Source: Eledone cirrhosa
Lineage: Eukaryota
Direction of reading: 5' to 3'
Assembly (NCBI GenBank): GCA_964016885.1
Contig: OZ024754.1
Location: 8,618,001-8,682,000, forward strand
DNA: 64,000 nt
The stretch's first letter is position 1. The number at the start of each line of letters is the position of its first letter. A model generated the notes under the pieces. That model was given only the letters and a program-made list of their open reading frames with translations, ran no database searches and had not been told where the DNA came from. The translations under genes were made by a program, and so were the position numbers. Positions 48,681 through 62,700 of this stretch are shown in pieces.

Positions 48681-50716
48681 CATTAAAAATCTAAAAAAAC
48701 ATGCTGGTATAGAGAAATATGCTGCTATAAGGAAGATTCATACACTTATCATGTATGCAGGGTCCAGTTATGGCCACCACTGTCTCTTTCGTTACTTATT
48801 GATATTATTTTCAATTATAACAATTATATAATTAAATAGAAATGTGTTTAAAAAACTTTACTCCAAATTATACGAAATAAAATTGTTCACTGCAAAAATA
48901 CGAAAATGTGACTGAGAATGTGTGGCTAACTTTTAAAGGTAGCACGTGTTGTAATGTAGACCGGGAAATTTGACGTCTGACATTCACGTAATTATTATAA
49001 AACTAAACTTTATTTTCTATATTATATTAACAACGTTCATAAGTAGTTTATCGAACCAATATGATTTACAAGAGAATATATATAAATATATAGAGAGGAG
49101 TTAATTATAGAAATAAGGAAAGGTAAAAATTACAAACAAAACGTGAAACGACAGACACACCCCCAATTACACAGAAAATATTGGTGTTTCCTTCTAAATA
49201 TATTTAATGGCAAGCTAAAACATTCAGGACATTGTCGCAGGTAATATTGAAGCTAAGGTGCTGTAATATTCATGTTCATTTATTAGTGTTATGTTATATT
49301 TTAGTAAAACGAGCCACCAACAACGATAGAAGTTTGTTGTCAGCCACCACGAACTTCTTGAATACAAATGTTAGTTTCTGTAATTTATTTTTTCCCTTGT
49401 TTTCATATGTTGGTATTTATCTAGGGTCTTTGACAACATTTATTTAATCTTTTCTTTATTTATAGTGGGTTTTTTGGGGGTGATGCCGGGTGTTATATTA
49501 TTTTTCTCATAGAAATTAATTTTTCGTGTTAGACTAATGAAGTTGACCTTTTGTTCATAGATATTCCAGCCGTGACTATCTCGTGTTGTTTAGTATTTTG
49601 TAATACGTTAGTAGTTAACTGAATATAGAGTAGAGTTTAATTTGAGGGAGATAGAACTGTTATGTTTAGCAGTGAAAGGCTACCACATGTAGATATTATT
49701 CAGTTGTGTAGCAGCAGTTCAGCCCTACTTCTCCAACCATCCACAACAGACTCTCCCACAATGCTGCTGGGGTGACTAACATCTCTGTCCACCCTGAAAC
49801 GTCACCTATCTCTCTCTTTAAGGTAACATTACAAAAAGAGCACCTGAGCCCCCTGCAGAGTGGTCGTGCTGGTGACAACAAAAACATCCAGCCCAACCTG
49901 TGAAGGGGTCGTTTTAGTGACATGACAAAAGTGCTCAGTTCACATTGTATTGGAAAATATTGTTGTTTCCTTCTAAATATATTTAATGGCAAACTAAAAC
50001 ATCCAGGACATTGTCGCAGGTAATATTGAAGCTAAGGTGCTGTAATATTCGTGTTCATTTATTAGTGTTACTGAGTTCAAAACCCGCCGAGGTTAACTTT
50101 GCCTTTCATCCTTAAGGGGTCGATAAAATAAAGTACCAGTAATACACTGGGATAATTGCTGGCCTTGTGCCAAAAGTAGAAACATTTATTAGTGTTATGT
50201 TATATTTTAGTAAAACGAGCCACCAACAACGATAGAAGTTTGTTGTCAGCCACCACAAACTTCTTGAATACAAATGTTAGTTCCTGTAATTTATTTTTTC
50301 CATGTGTTGGTATTTGTCTAGGGTCTTTGACAACATTTATTTAATCTTTTCTTTATTTATAGCGTTTTTATTTTTGAAGTGATGTATTGTTGCACCTTAC
50401 ATTACCATAAATCAGTCTCCTACAGCTGTTGGGGTCGTATTTCAGTGAGCCTTAGAAATATTCAACAGTTTCCATCTCCTCGCCAAATGTCCAGCCCCTC
50501 ACTAAGTTTAGTATGCCACCATCTGGGTGTTGTTGAGAACCAGTGTACCTGTCCATATAGAAGACTAATAAAAATATCAGTTTAATTAACTGTTTATGTA
50601 TTATTTACATTTATTAATATATTCGTTGTCTTCCACTAATGTCAGTAATGAGGCAGGACTGACGTAAGAGGTAAGAAATTTATGTTTTTAATTATGAAAA
50701 GGTGTGTCTGAGGATA
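48681..50716 (+). repeat. Local segmental duplication, copies 2 and 3, abutting the satellite
   Basis: 48681-49470 matches 45067-45860; 49953-50716 matches 45568-46201. Confidence 0.92.
50071..50182 (+). mobile_element. 5'-truncated SINE family A insertion with 15-bp target-site duplication
   Basis: CATTTATTAGTGTTA at 50056-50070 and 50183-50197; the paralogous sites near 45671 and 49277 are empty. Confidence 0.9.
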
Positions 50717-53700
50717 AGGGCGTATACTTCACATAGGACCTCCTACAGCCAGCTAAACCCTGGTCAATACCAGGTTAGAGAGTGATTGAAGCAGTTTTAA
50801 GGGCATATACTTCACATAGGACCTCCTACGGCCAGCTAAACCCTGGTCAATACCAGGTTAGAGAGTGATTGAAGCAGTTTTAAGGGCGTATACTTCACCT
50901 AGGACCTCCTCCAGCCAGCTAAACCCTGATCAATACCAGGTTAGAGAGTGATTGAAGCAGTTTTAAGTGTGTATACTTCACATATGACCTCCTACAGCCA
51001 GCTAAACCCTGGTCAATACCAGGTTAGAGAGTGATTGAAGCAGTTTTAAGGGCGTATACTTAACATAGGACCTCCTACAGCCACCTAAACCGTGGTCAAT
51101 ACCAGGTTTGAGAGTGATTGAAGCAGTTTTAAGGGTGTATACTTCACATAGGACCTCCTACAGCCAGCTAAACCCTGGTTTGAGAGTGATTGAGGCAGTT
51201 TTAAGGGCGTATACTTCACCTAGGACCTCCTACAGCCAGCTAAACCCTGGCAAAACCAGGTTAGAGAGTGATTGAATCAGTTTTAAGGGCGTATACTTCA
51301 CATAGGACCTCCTACTGCCAGCTAAACCGTGGCAAAACCAGGTTAGAAGGTGATTGAAGCAGTTTTAAGGGCGTATACTTCACATAGGACCTCCTGCAGC
51401 CAGCTAAACCCTGGTCAATACCAGGTTTGAGAGTGATTGAAGCAGTTTTAAGGGTGTATACTTCACCTAGGACCACCTCCAGCTAGCTAAACCCTGGTCA
51501 ATACCAGGTTAGAGAGTGATTGAAGCAGTTTTAAGGGCGTATACTTCACATAGGACCTCCTACAGCCAGCTAAACCCTGGTTTGAGAGTGATTGAGGCAG
51601 TTTTAAGGGCGTATACTTCACCTGGGACCTCCTACAGCCAGCTAAACCCTGGCAAAACCCGGTTAGAGAGTGATTGAAGCAGTTTTAAGGGCGTATACTT
51701 CACATAGGACCTCCTACTGCAAGCTAAACCCTGGAAAAACCAGGTTAGAAGGTGATTGAAGCAGTTTTAAGGGCGTATACTTCACATAGGACCTCCTACA
51801 GCCAGCTAAACCCTGGTCAATACCAGGTTTGAGAGTGATTGAAGCAGTTTTAAGGGTGTATACTTCACATAGGACCTCCTACAGCCAGCTAAACCCTGGT
51901 TTGAGAGTGATTGAGGCAGTTTTAAGGGCGTATACTTCACCTAGGACCTCCTACAGCCAGCTAAACCCTGGCAAAACCAGGTTAGAGAGTGATTGAAGCA
52001 GTTTTAAGGGCGTATACTTCACATAGGACCTCTTACTGCAAGCTAAAACCAGGTTAGAAGGTGATTGAAGCAGTTTTAAGGGCGTATACTTCACCTAGGA
52101 CCTCCTCCAGCCAGCTAAACCCTGATCAATACCAGGTTAGAGAGTGATTGAAGCAGTTTTAAGGACGTATACTTCACATATGACCTCCTACAGCCAGCTA
52201 AACCCTGGTCAATACCAGGTTAGAGAGTGATTGAAGCAGTTTTAAGGGCGTATACTTCACATATGACCTTCTACTGCCAGCTAAACCCTGGTCAATACCA
52301 GGTTAGAGAGTGATTGAAGCAGTTTTAAGGGTGTATACTTCACATAGGACTTCCTACAGCCAGCTAAACCCTGGTTTGAGAGTGATTGAGGAAGTTTTAA
52401 GTACGTATACTTCACCTAGGACCTCCTACAGCCAGCTAAACCCTGGCAAAACCAGGTTAGAGAGTGATTGAAGCAGTTTTAAGGGCGTATACTTCACCTA
52501 GGACCTCCTACAGCCAGCTAAACCCTGGCAAAACCAAGTTAGAGAGTGATTGAAGCAGTTTTAAGGCATATACTTCACATAGGACCTCCTATGGCCAGCT
52601 AAACCCTGGCAAAACCAAGTTAGAGAGTGATTGAAGCAGTTTTAAGGCATATACTTCACCTAGGACCTCCTCCAGCCAGCTAAACCCTGGTCAATACCAG
52701 GTTTGAGAGTGATTGAAGCAGTTTTAAGGGTGTATACTTCACATAGGACTTCCTACAGCCAGCTAAACCCTGGTTTGAGAGTGATTGAGGAAGTTTTAAG
52801 TACGTATACTTCACCTAGGACCTCCTACAGCCAGCTAAACCCTGGCAAAACCAGGTTAGAGAGTGATTGAAGCAGTTTTAAGGGCGTATACTTCACCTAG
52901 GACCTCCTACAGCCAGCTAAACCCTGGCAAAACCAAGTTAGAGAGTGATTGAAGCAGTTTTAAGGGCGTATACTTCACATAGGACCTCCTACAGCCAGCT
53001 AAACCCTGGCAAAACCAGGTTAGAGAGTGATTGAAGCAGTTTTAAGGGCGTATACTTCACCTAGGACCTCCTACAGCCAGCTAAACCCTGGCAAAACCAA
53101 GTTAGAGAGTGATTGAAGCAGTTTTAAGGCATATACTTCACATAGGACCTCCTACGGCCAGCTAAACCCTGGTCATTACCAGGTTAGAGAGTGATTGAAG
53201 CAGTTTTAAGGGCATATACTTCACATAGGACCTCCTACGGCCAGCTAAACCCTGATCAATACCAGGTTTGAGAGTGATTGAAGCAGTTTTAAGGGTGTAT
53301 ACTTCACATAGGACCTCCTACAGCCAGCTAAACCCTGGTTTGAGAGTGATTGAGGCAGTTTTAAGGGCGTATACTTCACCTAGGACCTCCTACAGCCAGC
53401 TAAACCCTGGCAAAACCCGGTTAGAGAGTGATTGAAGCAGTTTTAAGGGCGTATACTTCACATAGGACCTCCTACTGCAAGCTAAACCCTGGAAAAACCA
53501 GGTTAGAAGGTGATTGAAGCAGTTTTAAGGGCGAATACTTCACATAGGACCTCCTACAGCCAGCTAAACCCTGGTCAATACCAGGTTTGAGAGTGATTGA
53601 AGCAGTTTTAAGGGTGTATACTTCACATAGGACCTCCTACAGCCAGCTAAACCCTGGTTTGAGAGTGATTGAGGCAGTTTTAAGGGCGTATACTTCACCT

Positions 53701-56700
53701 AGGACCTCCTACAGCCAGCTAAACCCTGGCAAAACCAGGTTAGAGAGTGATTGAAGCAGTTTTAAGGGCGTATACTTCACATAGGACCTCTTACTGCAAG
53801 CTAAAACCAGGTTAGAAGGTGATTGAAGCAGTTTTAAGGGCGTATACTTCACCTAGGACCTCCTCCAGCCAGCTAAACCCTGATCAATACCAGGTTAGAG
53901 AGTGATTGAAGCAGTTTTAAGGACGTATACTTCACATATGACCTCCTACAGCCAGCTAAACCCTGGTCAATACCAGGTTAGAGAGTGATTGAAGCAGTTT
54001 TAAGGGCGTATACTTCACATATGACCTTCTACTGCCAGCTAAACCCTGGTCAATACCAGGTTAGAGAGTGATTGAAGCAGTTTTAAGGGTGTATACTTCA
54101 CATAGGACTTCCTACAGCCAGCTAAACCCTGGTTTGAGAGTGATTGAGGAAGTTTTAAGTACGTATACTTCACCTAGGACCTCCTACAGCCAGCTAAACC
54201 CTGGCAAAACCAGGTTAGAGAGTGATTGAAGCAGTTTTAAGGGCGTATACTTCACCTAGGACCTCCTACAGCCAGCTAAACCCTGGCAAAACCAAGTTAG
54301 AGAGTGATTGAAGCAGTTTTAAGGCATATACTTCACATAGGACCTCCTATGGCCAGCTAAACCCTGGCAAAACCAAGTTAGAGAGTGATTGAAGCAGTTT
54401 TAAGGCATATACTTCACCTAGGACCTCCTCCAGCCAGCTAAACCCTGGTCAATACCAGGTTTGAGAGTGATTGAAGCAGTTTTAAGGGTGTATACTTCAC
54501 ATAGGACTTCCTACAGCCAGCTAAACCCTGGTTTGAGAGTGATTGAGGAAGTTTTAAGTACGTATACTTCACCTAGGACCTCCTACAGCCAGCTAAACCC
54601 TGGCAAAACCAGGTTAGAGAGTGATTGAAGCAGTTTTAAGGGCGTATACTTCACCTAGGACCTCCTACAGCCAGCTAAACCCTGGCAAAACCAAGTTAGA
54701 GAGTGATTGAAGCAGTTTTAAGGGCGTATACTTCACCTAGGACCTCCTACAGCCAGCTAAACCCTGGCAAAACCAGGTTAGAGAGTGATTGAAGCAGTTT
54801 TAAGGGCGTATACTTCACCTAGGACCTCCTACAGCCAGCTAAACCCTGGCAAAACCAAGTTAGAGAGTGATTGAAGCAGTTTTAAGGCATATACTTCACA
54901 TAGGACCTCCTACGGCCAGCTAAACCCTGGTCATTACCAGGTTAGAGAGTGATTGAAGCAGTTTTAAGGGCATATACTTCACATAGGACCTCCTACGGCC
55001 AGCTAAACCCTGGTCAATACCAGGTTTGAGAGTGATTGAAGCAGTTTTAAGGGTGTATACTTCACATAGGACCTCCTACAGCCAGCTAAACCCTGGTTTG
55101 AGAGTGATTGAGGCAGTTTTAAGGGCGTATACTTCACCTAGGACCTCCTACAGCCAGCTAAACCCTGGCAAAACCAGGTTAGAGAGTGATTGAATCAGTT
55201 TTAAGGGCGTATACTTCACATAGGACCTCCTACTGCCAGCTAAACCGTGGCAAAACCAGGTTAGAAGGTGATTGAAGCAGTTTTAAGGGCGTATACTTCA
55301 CATAGGACCTCCTGCAGCCAGCTAAACCCTGGTCAATACCAGGTTTGAGAGTGATTGAAGCAGTTTTAAGGGTGTATACTTCACCTAGGACCACCTCCAG
55401 CTAGCTAAACCCTGGTCAATACCAGGTTAGAGAGTGATTGAAGCAGTTTTAAGGGCGTATACTTCACATAGGACCTCCTACAGCCAGCTAAACCCTGGTT
55501 TGAGAGTGATTGAGGCAGTTTTAAGGGCGTATACTTCACCTGGGACCTCCTACAGCCAGCTAAACCCTGGCAAAACCCGGTTAGAGAGTGATTGAAGCAG
55601 TTTTAAGGGCGTATACTTCACATAGGACCTCCTACTGCAAGCTAAACCCTGGAAAAACCAGGTTAGAAGGTGATTGAAGCAGTTTTAAGGGCGTATACTT
55701 CACATAGGACCTCTTACTGCAAGCTAAAACCAGGTTAGAAGGTGATTGAAGCAGTTTTAAGGGCGTATACTTCACCTAGGACCTCCTCCAGCCAGCTAAA
55801 CCCTGATCAATACCAGGTTAGAGAGTGATTGAAGCAGTTTTAAGGACGTATACTTCACATATGACCTCCTACAGCCAGCTAAACCCTGGTCAATACCAGG
55901 TTAGAGAGTGATTGAAGCAGTTTTAAGGGCGTATACTTCACATATGACCTTCTACTGCCAGCTAAACCCTGGTCAATACCAGGTTAGAGAGTGATTGAAG
56001 CAGTTTTAAGGGTGTATACTCCACCTAGGACCTCCTACAGCCAGCTAAACCCTGGCAAAACCAAGTTAGAGAGTGATTGAAGCAGTTTTAAGGCATATAC
56101 TTCACATAGGACCTCCTATGGCCAGCTAAACCCTGGCAAAACCAAGTTAGAGAGTGATTGAAGCAGTTTTAAGGCATATACTTCACCTAGGACCTCCTCC
56201 AGCCAGCTAAACCCTGGTCAATACCAGGTTTGAGAGTGATTGAAGCAGTTTTAAGGGTGTATACTTCACATAGGACTTCCTACAGCCAGCTAAACCCTGG
56301 TTTGAGAGTGATTGAGGAAGTTTTAAGTACGTATACTTCACCTAGGACCTCCTACAGCCAGCTAAACCCTGGCAAAACCAGGTTAGAGAGTGATTGAAGC
56401 AGTTTTAAGGGCGTATACTTCACATAGGACCTCTTACTGCAAGCTAAACCCTGGCATAACCAGGTTAGAAGGTGATTGAAGCAGTTTTAAGGGCGTATAC
56501 TTCACCTAGGACCTCCTCCAGCAAGCTAAACCCTGATCAATACCAGGTTAGAGAGTGATTGAAGCAGTTTTAAGGGCGTATACTTCACATATGACCTTCT
56601 ACTGCCAGCTAAACCCTGGTCAATACCAGGTTAGAGAGTGATTGAAGCAGTTTTAAGGGCGTATACTTCACATAGGACCTCCTACAGCCACCTAAACCCT

Positions 56701-59700
56701 GGTCAATACCAGGTTAGAGAGTGATTGAAGCAGTTTTAAGGGCGTATACTTCACATAGGACCTCCTACAGCCAGCTAAACCCTGGTTTGAGAGTGATTGA
56801 GGAAGTTTTAAGTACGTATACTTCACCTAGGACCTCCTACAGCCAGCTAAACCCTGGCAAAACCAGGTTAGAGAGTGATTGAAGCAGTTTTAAGGGCGTA
56901 TACTTCACCTAGGACCTCCTACAGCCAGCTAAACCCTGGCAAAACCAAGTTAGAGAGTGATTGAAGCAGTTTTAAGGGCGTATACTTCACCTAGGACCTC
57001 CTACAGCCAGCTAAACCCTGGCAAAACCAGGTTAGAGAGTGATTGAAGCAGTTTTAAGGGCGTATACTTCACCTAGGACCTCCTACAGCCAGCTAAACCC
57101 TGGCAAAACCAAGTTAGAGAGTGATTGAAGCAGTTTTAAGGCATATACTTCACATAGGACCTCCTACGGCCAGCTAAACCCTGGTCATTACCAGGTTAGA
57201 GAGTGATTGAAGCAGTTTTAAGGGCATATACTTCACATAGGACCTCCTACGGCCAGCTAAACCCTGATCAATACCAGGTTAGAGAGTGATTGAAGCAGTT
57301 TTAAGGGCGTATACTTCACATAGGACCTCCTACAGCCAGCTAAACCCTGGTTTGAGAGTGATTGAGGCAGTTTTAAGGGCGTATACTTCACCTAGGACCT
57401 CCTACAGCCAGCTAAACCCTGGCAAAACCAGGTTAGAGAGTGATTGAAGCAGTTTTAAGGGCGTATACTTCACATAGGACCTCCTACTGCAAGCTAAACC
57501 ATGGAAAAACCAGGTTAGAAGGTGATTGAAGCAGTTTTAAGGGCGTATACTTCACATAGGACCTCCTACGGCCAGCTAAACCCTGGTCAATACCAGGTTA
57601 GAGAGTGATTGAAGCAGTTTTAAGGGCGTATACTTCACCTAGGACCTCCTCCAGCCAGCTAAACCCTGGTCAATACCAGGTTAGAGAGTGATTGAAGCAG
57701 TTTTAAGGGCATATACTTCACATAGGACCTCCTACAGCCAGCTAAACCCTGGTCAATACCAGGTTAGAGAGTGATTGAAGCAGTTTTAAGGGCGTATACT
57801 TCACCTAGGACCTCCTCCAGCAAGCTAAACCCTGATCAATACCAGGTTAGAGAGTGATTGAAGCAGTTTTAAGGGCGTATACTTCACATATGACCTCCTA
57901 CAGCCAGCTAAACCCTGGCAAAACCAGGTTAGAGAGTGATTGAAGCAGTTTTAAGGGCGTATACTTCACATAGGACCTCTTACTGCAAGCTAAACCCTGG
58001 CATAACCAGGTTAGAAGGTGATTGAAGCAGTTTTAAGGGCGTATACTTCACCTAGGACCTCCTCCAGCAAGCTAAACCCTGATCAATACCAGGTTAGAGA
58101 GTGATTGAAGCAGTTTTAAGGGCGTATACTTCACATATGACCTTCTACTGCCAGCTAAACCCTGGTCAATACCAGGTTAGAGAGTGATTGAAGCAGTTTT
58201 AAGGGCGTATACTTCACATAGGACCTCCTACAGCCACCTAAACCCTGGTCAATACCAGGTTAGAGAGTGATTGAAGCAGTTTTAAGGGCGTATACTTCAC
58301 ATAGGACCTCCTACAGCCAGCTAATCCCTGGTTTGAGAGTGATTGAGGCAGTTTTAAGGGCGTATACTTCACCTAGGACCTCCTACAGCCAGCTAAACCC
58401 TGGCAAAACCAGGTTAGAGAGTAATTGAAGCAGTTTTAAGGGCGTATACTTCACATAGGACCTCCTACTGCCAGCTAAACCCTGGCAAAACCAGGTTAGA
58501 AGGTGAGTGAAGCAGTTTTAAGGGCGTATACTTCACATAGGACCTCCTGCAGCCAGCTAAACCCTGGTCAATACCAGGTTAGAGAGTGATTGAAGCAGTT
58601 TTAAGGGCATATACTTCACATAGGACCTCCTACGGCCAGCTAAACTCTGGTCAATACCAGGTTAGAGAGTGATTGAAGCAGTTTTAAGGGCGTATACTTC
58701 ACCTAGGACCTCCTCCAGCCAGCTAAACCCTGGTCAATACCAGGTTAGAGAGTGATTGAAGCAGTTTTAAGTGTGTATACTTCACATAGGACCTCCTACA
58801 GCCAGCTAAACCCTAGTTTGAGAGTGATTGAGGCAGTGTTAAGGGCGTATACTTCACCTAGGACCTCCTACAGCCAGCTAAACCCTGGCAAAACCCGGTT
58901 AGAGAGTGATTGAAGCAGTTTTAAGGGCGTATACTTCACATAGGACCTCCTACTGCCAGCTAAACCCTAGCAAAACCAGGTTAGAAGGTGATTGAAGCAG
59001 TTTTAAGGGCGTATACTTCACATAGGACCTCCTACAGCCAGCTAAACCCTGGTTTGAGAGTGATTGAAGCAGTTTTAAGGGCGTATACTTCACATAGGAC
59101 CCCCTACTGCCAGCTAAACCCTAGCAAAACCAGGTTAGAAGGTGATTGAAGCAGTTTTAAGGGCGTATACTTCACATAGGACCTCCTACAGCCAGCTAAA
59201 CCCTGTTTTGAGAGTGATTGAGGTAGTTTTAAGGGCGTATACTTCACCTAGGACCTCCTGCTGCCAGCTAAACCCTGGTCAATACCAGGTTAGAGAGTGA
59301 TTGAAGCAGTTTTAAGGGAGTATACTTCACATAGGACCTCCTACAGCCAGCTAAACCCTGGTTTGAGAGTGATTGAGGCAGTTTTAAGGGCGTATACTTC
59401 ACCTAGGACCTCCTACAGCCAGCTAAACCCTGGCAAAACCAGGTTAGAGAGTGATTGAAGCAGTTTTAAGGGCGTATACTTCACATAGGACCTCCTGCAG
59501 CCAGCTAAACCCTGGTCAATACTAGGTTTGAGAGTGATTGAAGCAGTTTTAAGGGTGTATACTTCACCTAGGACCACCTCCAGCTAGCTAAACCCTGGTC
59601 AATACCAGGTTAGAGAGTGATTGAAGCAGTTTTAAGGGCGTATACTTCACATAGGACCTCCTACAGCCAGCTAAACCCTGGTTTGAGAGTGATTGAGGCA

Positions 59701-62700
59701 GTTTTAAGGGCGTATACTTCACCTGGGACCTCCTACAGCCAGCTAAACCCTGGCAAAACCCGGTTAGAGAGTGATTGAAGCAGTTTTAAGGGCGTATACT
59801 TCACATAGGACCTCCTACTGCAAGCTAAACCCTGGAAAAACCAGGTTAGAAGGTGATTGAAGCAGTTTTAAGGGCGTATACTTCACATAGGACCTCCTGC
59901 AGCCAGCTAAACCCTGGTCAATACCAGGTTTGAGAGTGATTGAAGCAGTTTTAAGGGTGTATACTTCACATAGGACCTCCTACAGCCAGCTAAACCCTGG
60001 TTTGAGAGTGATTGAGGCAGTTTTAAGGGCGTATACTTCACCTAGGACCTCCTACAGCCAGCTAAACCCTGGCAAAACCAGGTTAGAGAGTGATTGAAGC
60101 AGTTTTAAGGGCGTATACTTCACATAGGACCTCTTACTGCAAGCTAAAACCAGGTTAGAAGGTGATTGAAGCAGTTTTAAGGGCGTATACTTCACCTAGG
60201 ACCTCCTCCAGCCAGCTAAACCCTGATCAATACCAGGTTAGAGAGTGATTGAAGCAGTTTTAAGGGCGTATACTTCACATATGACCTCCTACAGCCAGCT
60301 AAACCCTGGTCAATACCAGGTTAGAGAGTGATTGAAGCAGTTTTAAGGGCGTATACTTCACATATGACCTCCTACAGCCAGCTAAACCCTGGTCAATACC
60401 AGGTTAGAGAGCGATTGAAGCAGTTTTAAGGGCGTATACTTCACATATGACCTCCTACAGCCAGCTAAACCCTGGTCAATACCAGGTTAGAGAGTGATTG
60501 AAGCAGTTTTAAGGGCGTATACTTCACATATGACCTTCTACTGCCAGCTAAACCCTGGTCAATACCAGGTTAGAGAGTGATTGAAGCAGTTTTAAGGGTG
60601 TATACTTCACATAGGACCTCCTACAGCCAGCTAAACCCTGGTTTGAGAGTGATTGAGGCAGTTTTAAGGGCGTATACTTCACCTAGGACCTCCTACAGCC
60701 AGCTAAACCCTGGCAAAACCAGGTTAGAGAGTGATTGAATCAGTTTTAAGGGCGTATACTTCACATAGGACCTCCTACTGCCAGCTAAACCGTGGCAAAA
60801 CCAGGTTAGAAGGTGATTGAAGCAGTTTTAAGGGCGTATACTTCACATAGGACCTCCTGCAGCCAGCTAAACCCTGGTCAATACCAGGTTTGAGAGTGAT
60901 TGAAGCAGTTTTAAGGGTGTATACTTCACCTAGGACCACCTCCAGCTAGCTAAACCCTGGTCAATACCAGGTTAGAGAGTGATTGAAGCAGTTTTAAGGG
61001 CGTATACTTCACATAGGACCTCCTACAGCCAGCTAAACCCTGGTTTGAGAGTGATTGAGGCAGTTTTAAGGGCGTATACTTCACCTGGGACCTCCTACAG
61101 CCAGCTAAACCCTGGCAAAACCCGGTTAGAGAGTGATTGAAGCAGTTTTAAGGGCGTATACTTCACATAGGACCTCCTACTGCAAGCTAAACCCTGGAAA
61201 AACCAGGTTAGAAGGTGATTGAAGCAGTTTTAAGGGCGTATACTTCACATAGGACCTCCTACAGCCAGCTAAACCCTGGTCAATACCAGGTTTGAGAGTG
61301 ATTGAAGCAGTTTTAAGGGTGTATACTTCACATAGGACCTCCTACAGCCAGCTAAACCCTGGTTTGAGAGTGATTGAGGCAGTTTTAAGGGCGTATACTT
61401 CACCTAGGACCTCCTACAACCAGCTAAACCCTGGCAAAACCAGGTTAGAGAGTGATTGAAGCAGTTTTAAGGGCGTATACTTCACATAGGACCTCTTACT
61501 GCAAGCTAAAACCAGGTTAGAAGGTGATTGAAGCAGTTTTAAGGGCGTATACTTCACCTAGGACCTCCTCCAGCCAGCTAAACCCTGATCAATACCAGGT
61601 TAGAGAGTGATTGAAGCAGTTTTAAGGACGTATACTTCACATATGACCTCCTACAGCCAGCTAAACCCTGGTCAATACCAGGTTAGAGAGTGATTGAAGC
61701 AGTTTTTAGGGCGTATACTTCACATATGACCTTCTACTGCCAGCTAAACCCTGGTCAATACCAGGTTAGAGAGTGATTGAAGCAGTTTTAAGGGTGTATA
61801 CTTCACATAGGACTTCCTACAGCCAGCTAAACCCTGGTTTGAGAGTGATTGAGGAAGTTTTAAGTACGTATACTTCACCTAGGACCTCCTACAGCCAGCT
61901 AAACCCTGGCAAAACCAGGTTAGAGAGTGATTGAAGCAGTTTTAAGGGCGTATACTTCACCTAGGACCTCCTACAGCCAGCTAAACCCTGGCAAAACCAA
62001 GTTAGAGAGTGATTGAAGCAGTTTTAAGGCATATACTTCACATAGGACCTCCTATGGCCAGCTAAACCCTGGCAAAACCAAGTTAGAGAGTGATTGAAGC
62101 AGTTTTAAGGCATATACTTCACCTAGGACCTCCTCCAGCCAGCTAAACCCTGGTCAATACCAGGTTTGAGAGTGATTGAAGCAGTTTTAAGGGTGTATAC
62201 TTCACATAGGACTTCCTACAGCCAGCTAAACCCTGGTTTGAGAGTGATTGAGGAAGTTTTAAGTACGTATACTTCACCTAGGACTTCCTACAGCCAGCTA
62301 AACCCTGGCAAAACCAGGTTAGAGAGTGATTGAAGCAGTTTTAAGGGCGTATACTTCACCTAGGACCTCCTACAGCCAGCTAAACCCTGGCAAAACCAAG
62401 TTAGAGAGTGATTGAAGCAGTTTTAAGGGCGTATACTTCACATAGGACCTCCTACAGCCAGCTAAACCCTGGCAAAACCAGGTTAGAGAGTGATTGAAGC
62501 AGTTTTAAGGGCGTATACTTCACCTAGGACCTCCTACAGCCAGCTAAACCCTGGCAAAACCAAGTTAGAGAGTGATTGAAGCAGTTTTAAGGCATATACT
62601 TCACATAGGACCTCCTACGGCCAGTTAAACCCTGGTCATTACCAGGTTAGAGAGTGATTGAAGCAGTTTTAAGGGCATATACTTCACATAGGACCTCCTA

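Noticed and set aside
50750-50780. Telomere-like words (ctaaaccct, ggttag) in the satellite monomer
   Set aside because: Single short matches that form the hairpin arms; no tandem TTAGGG
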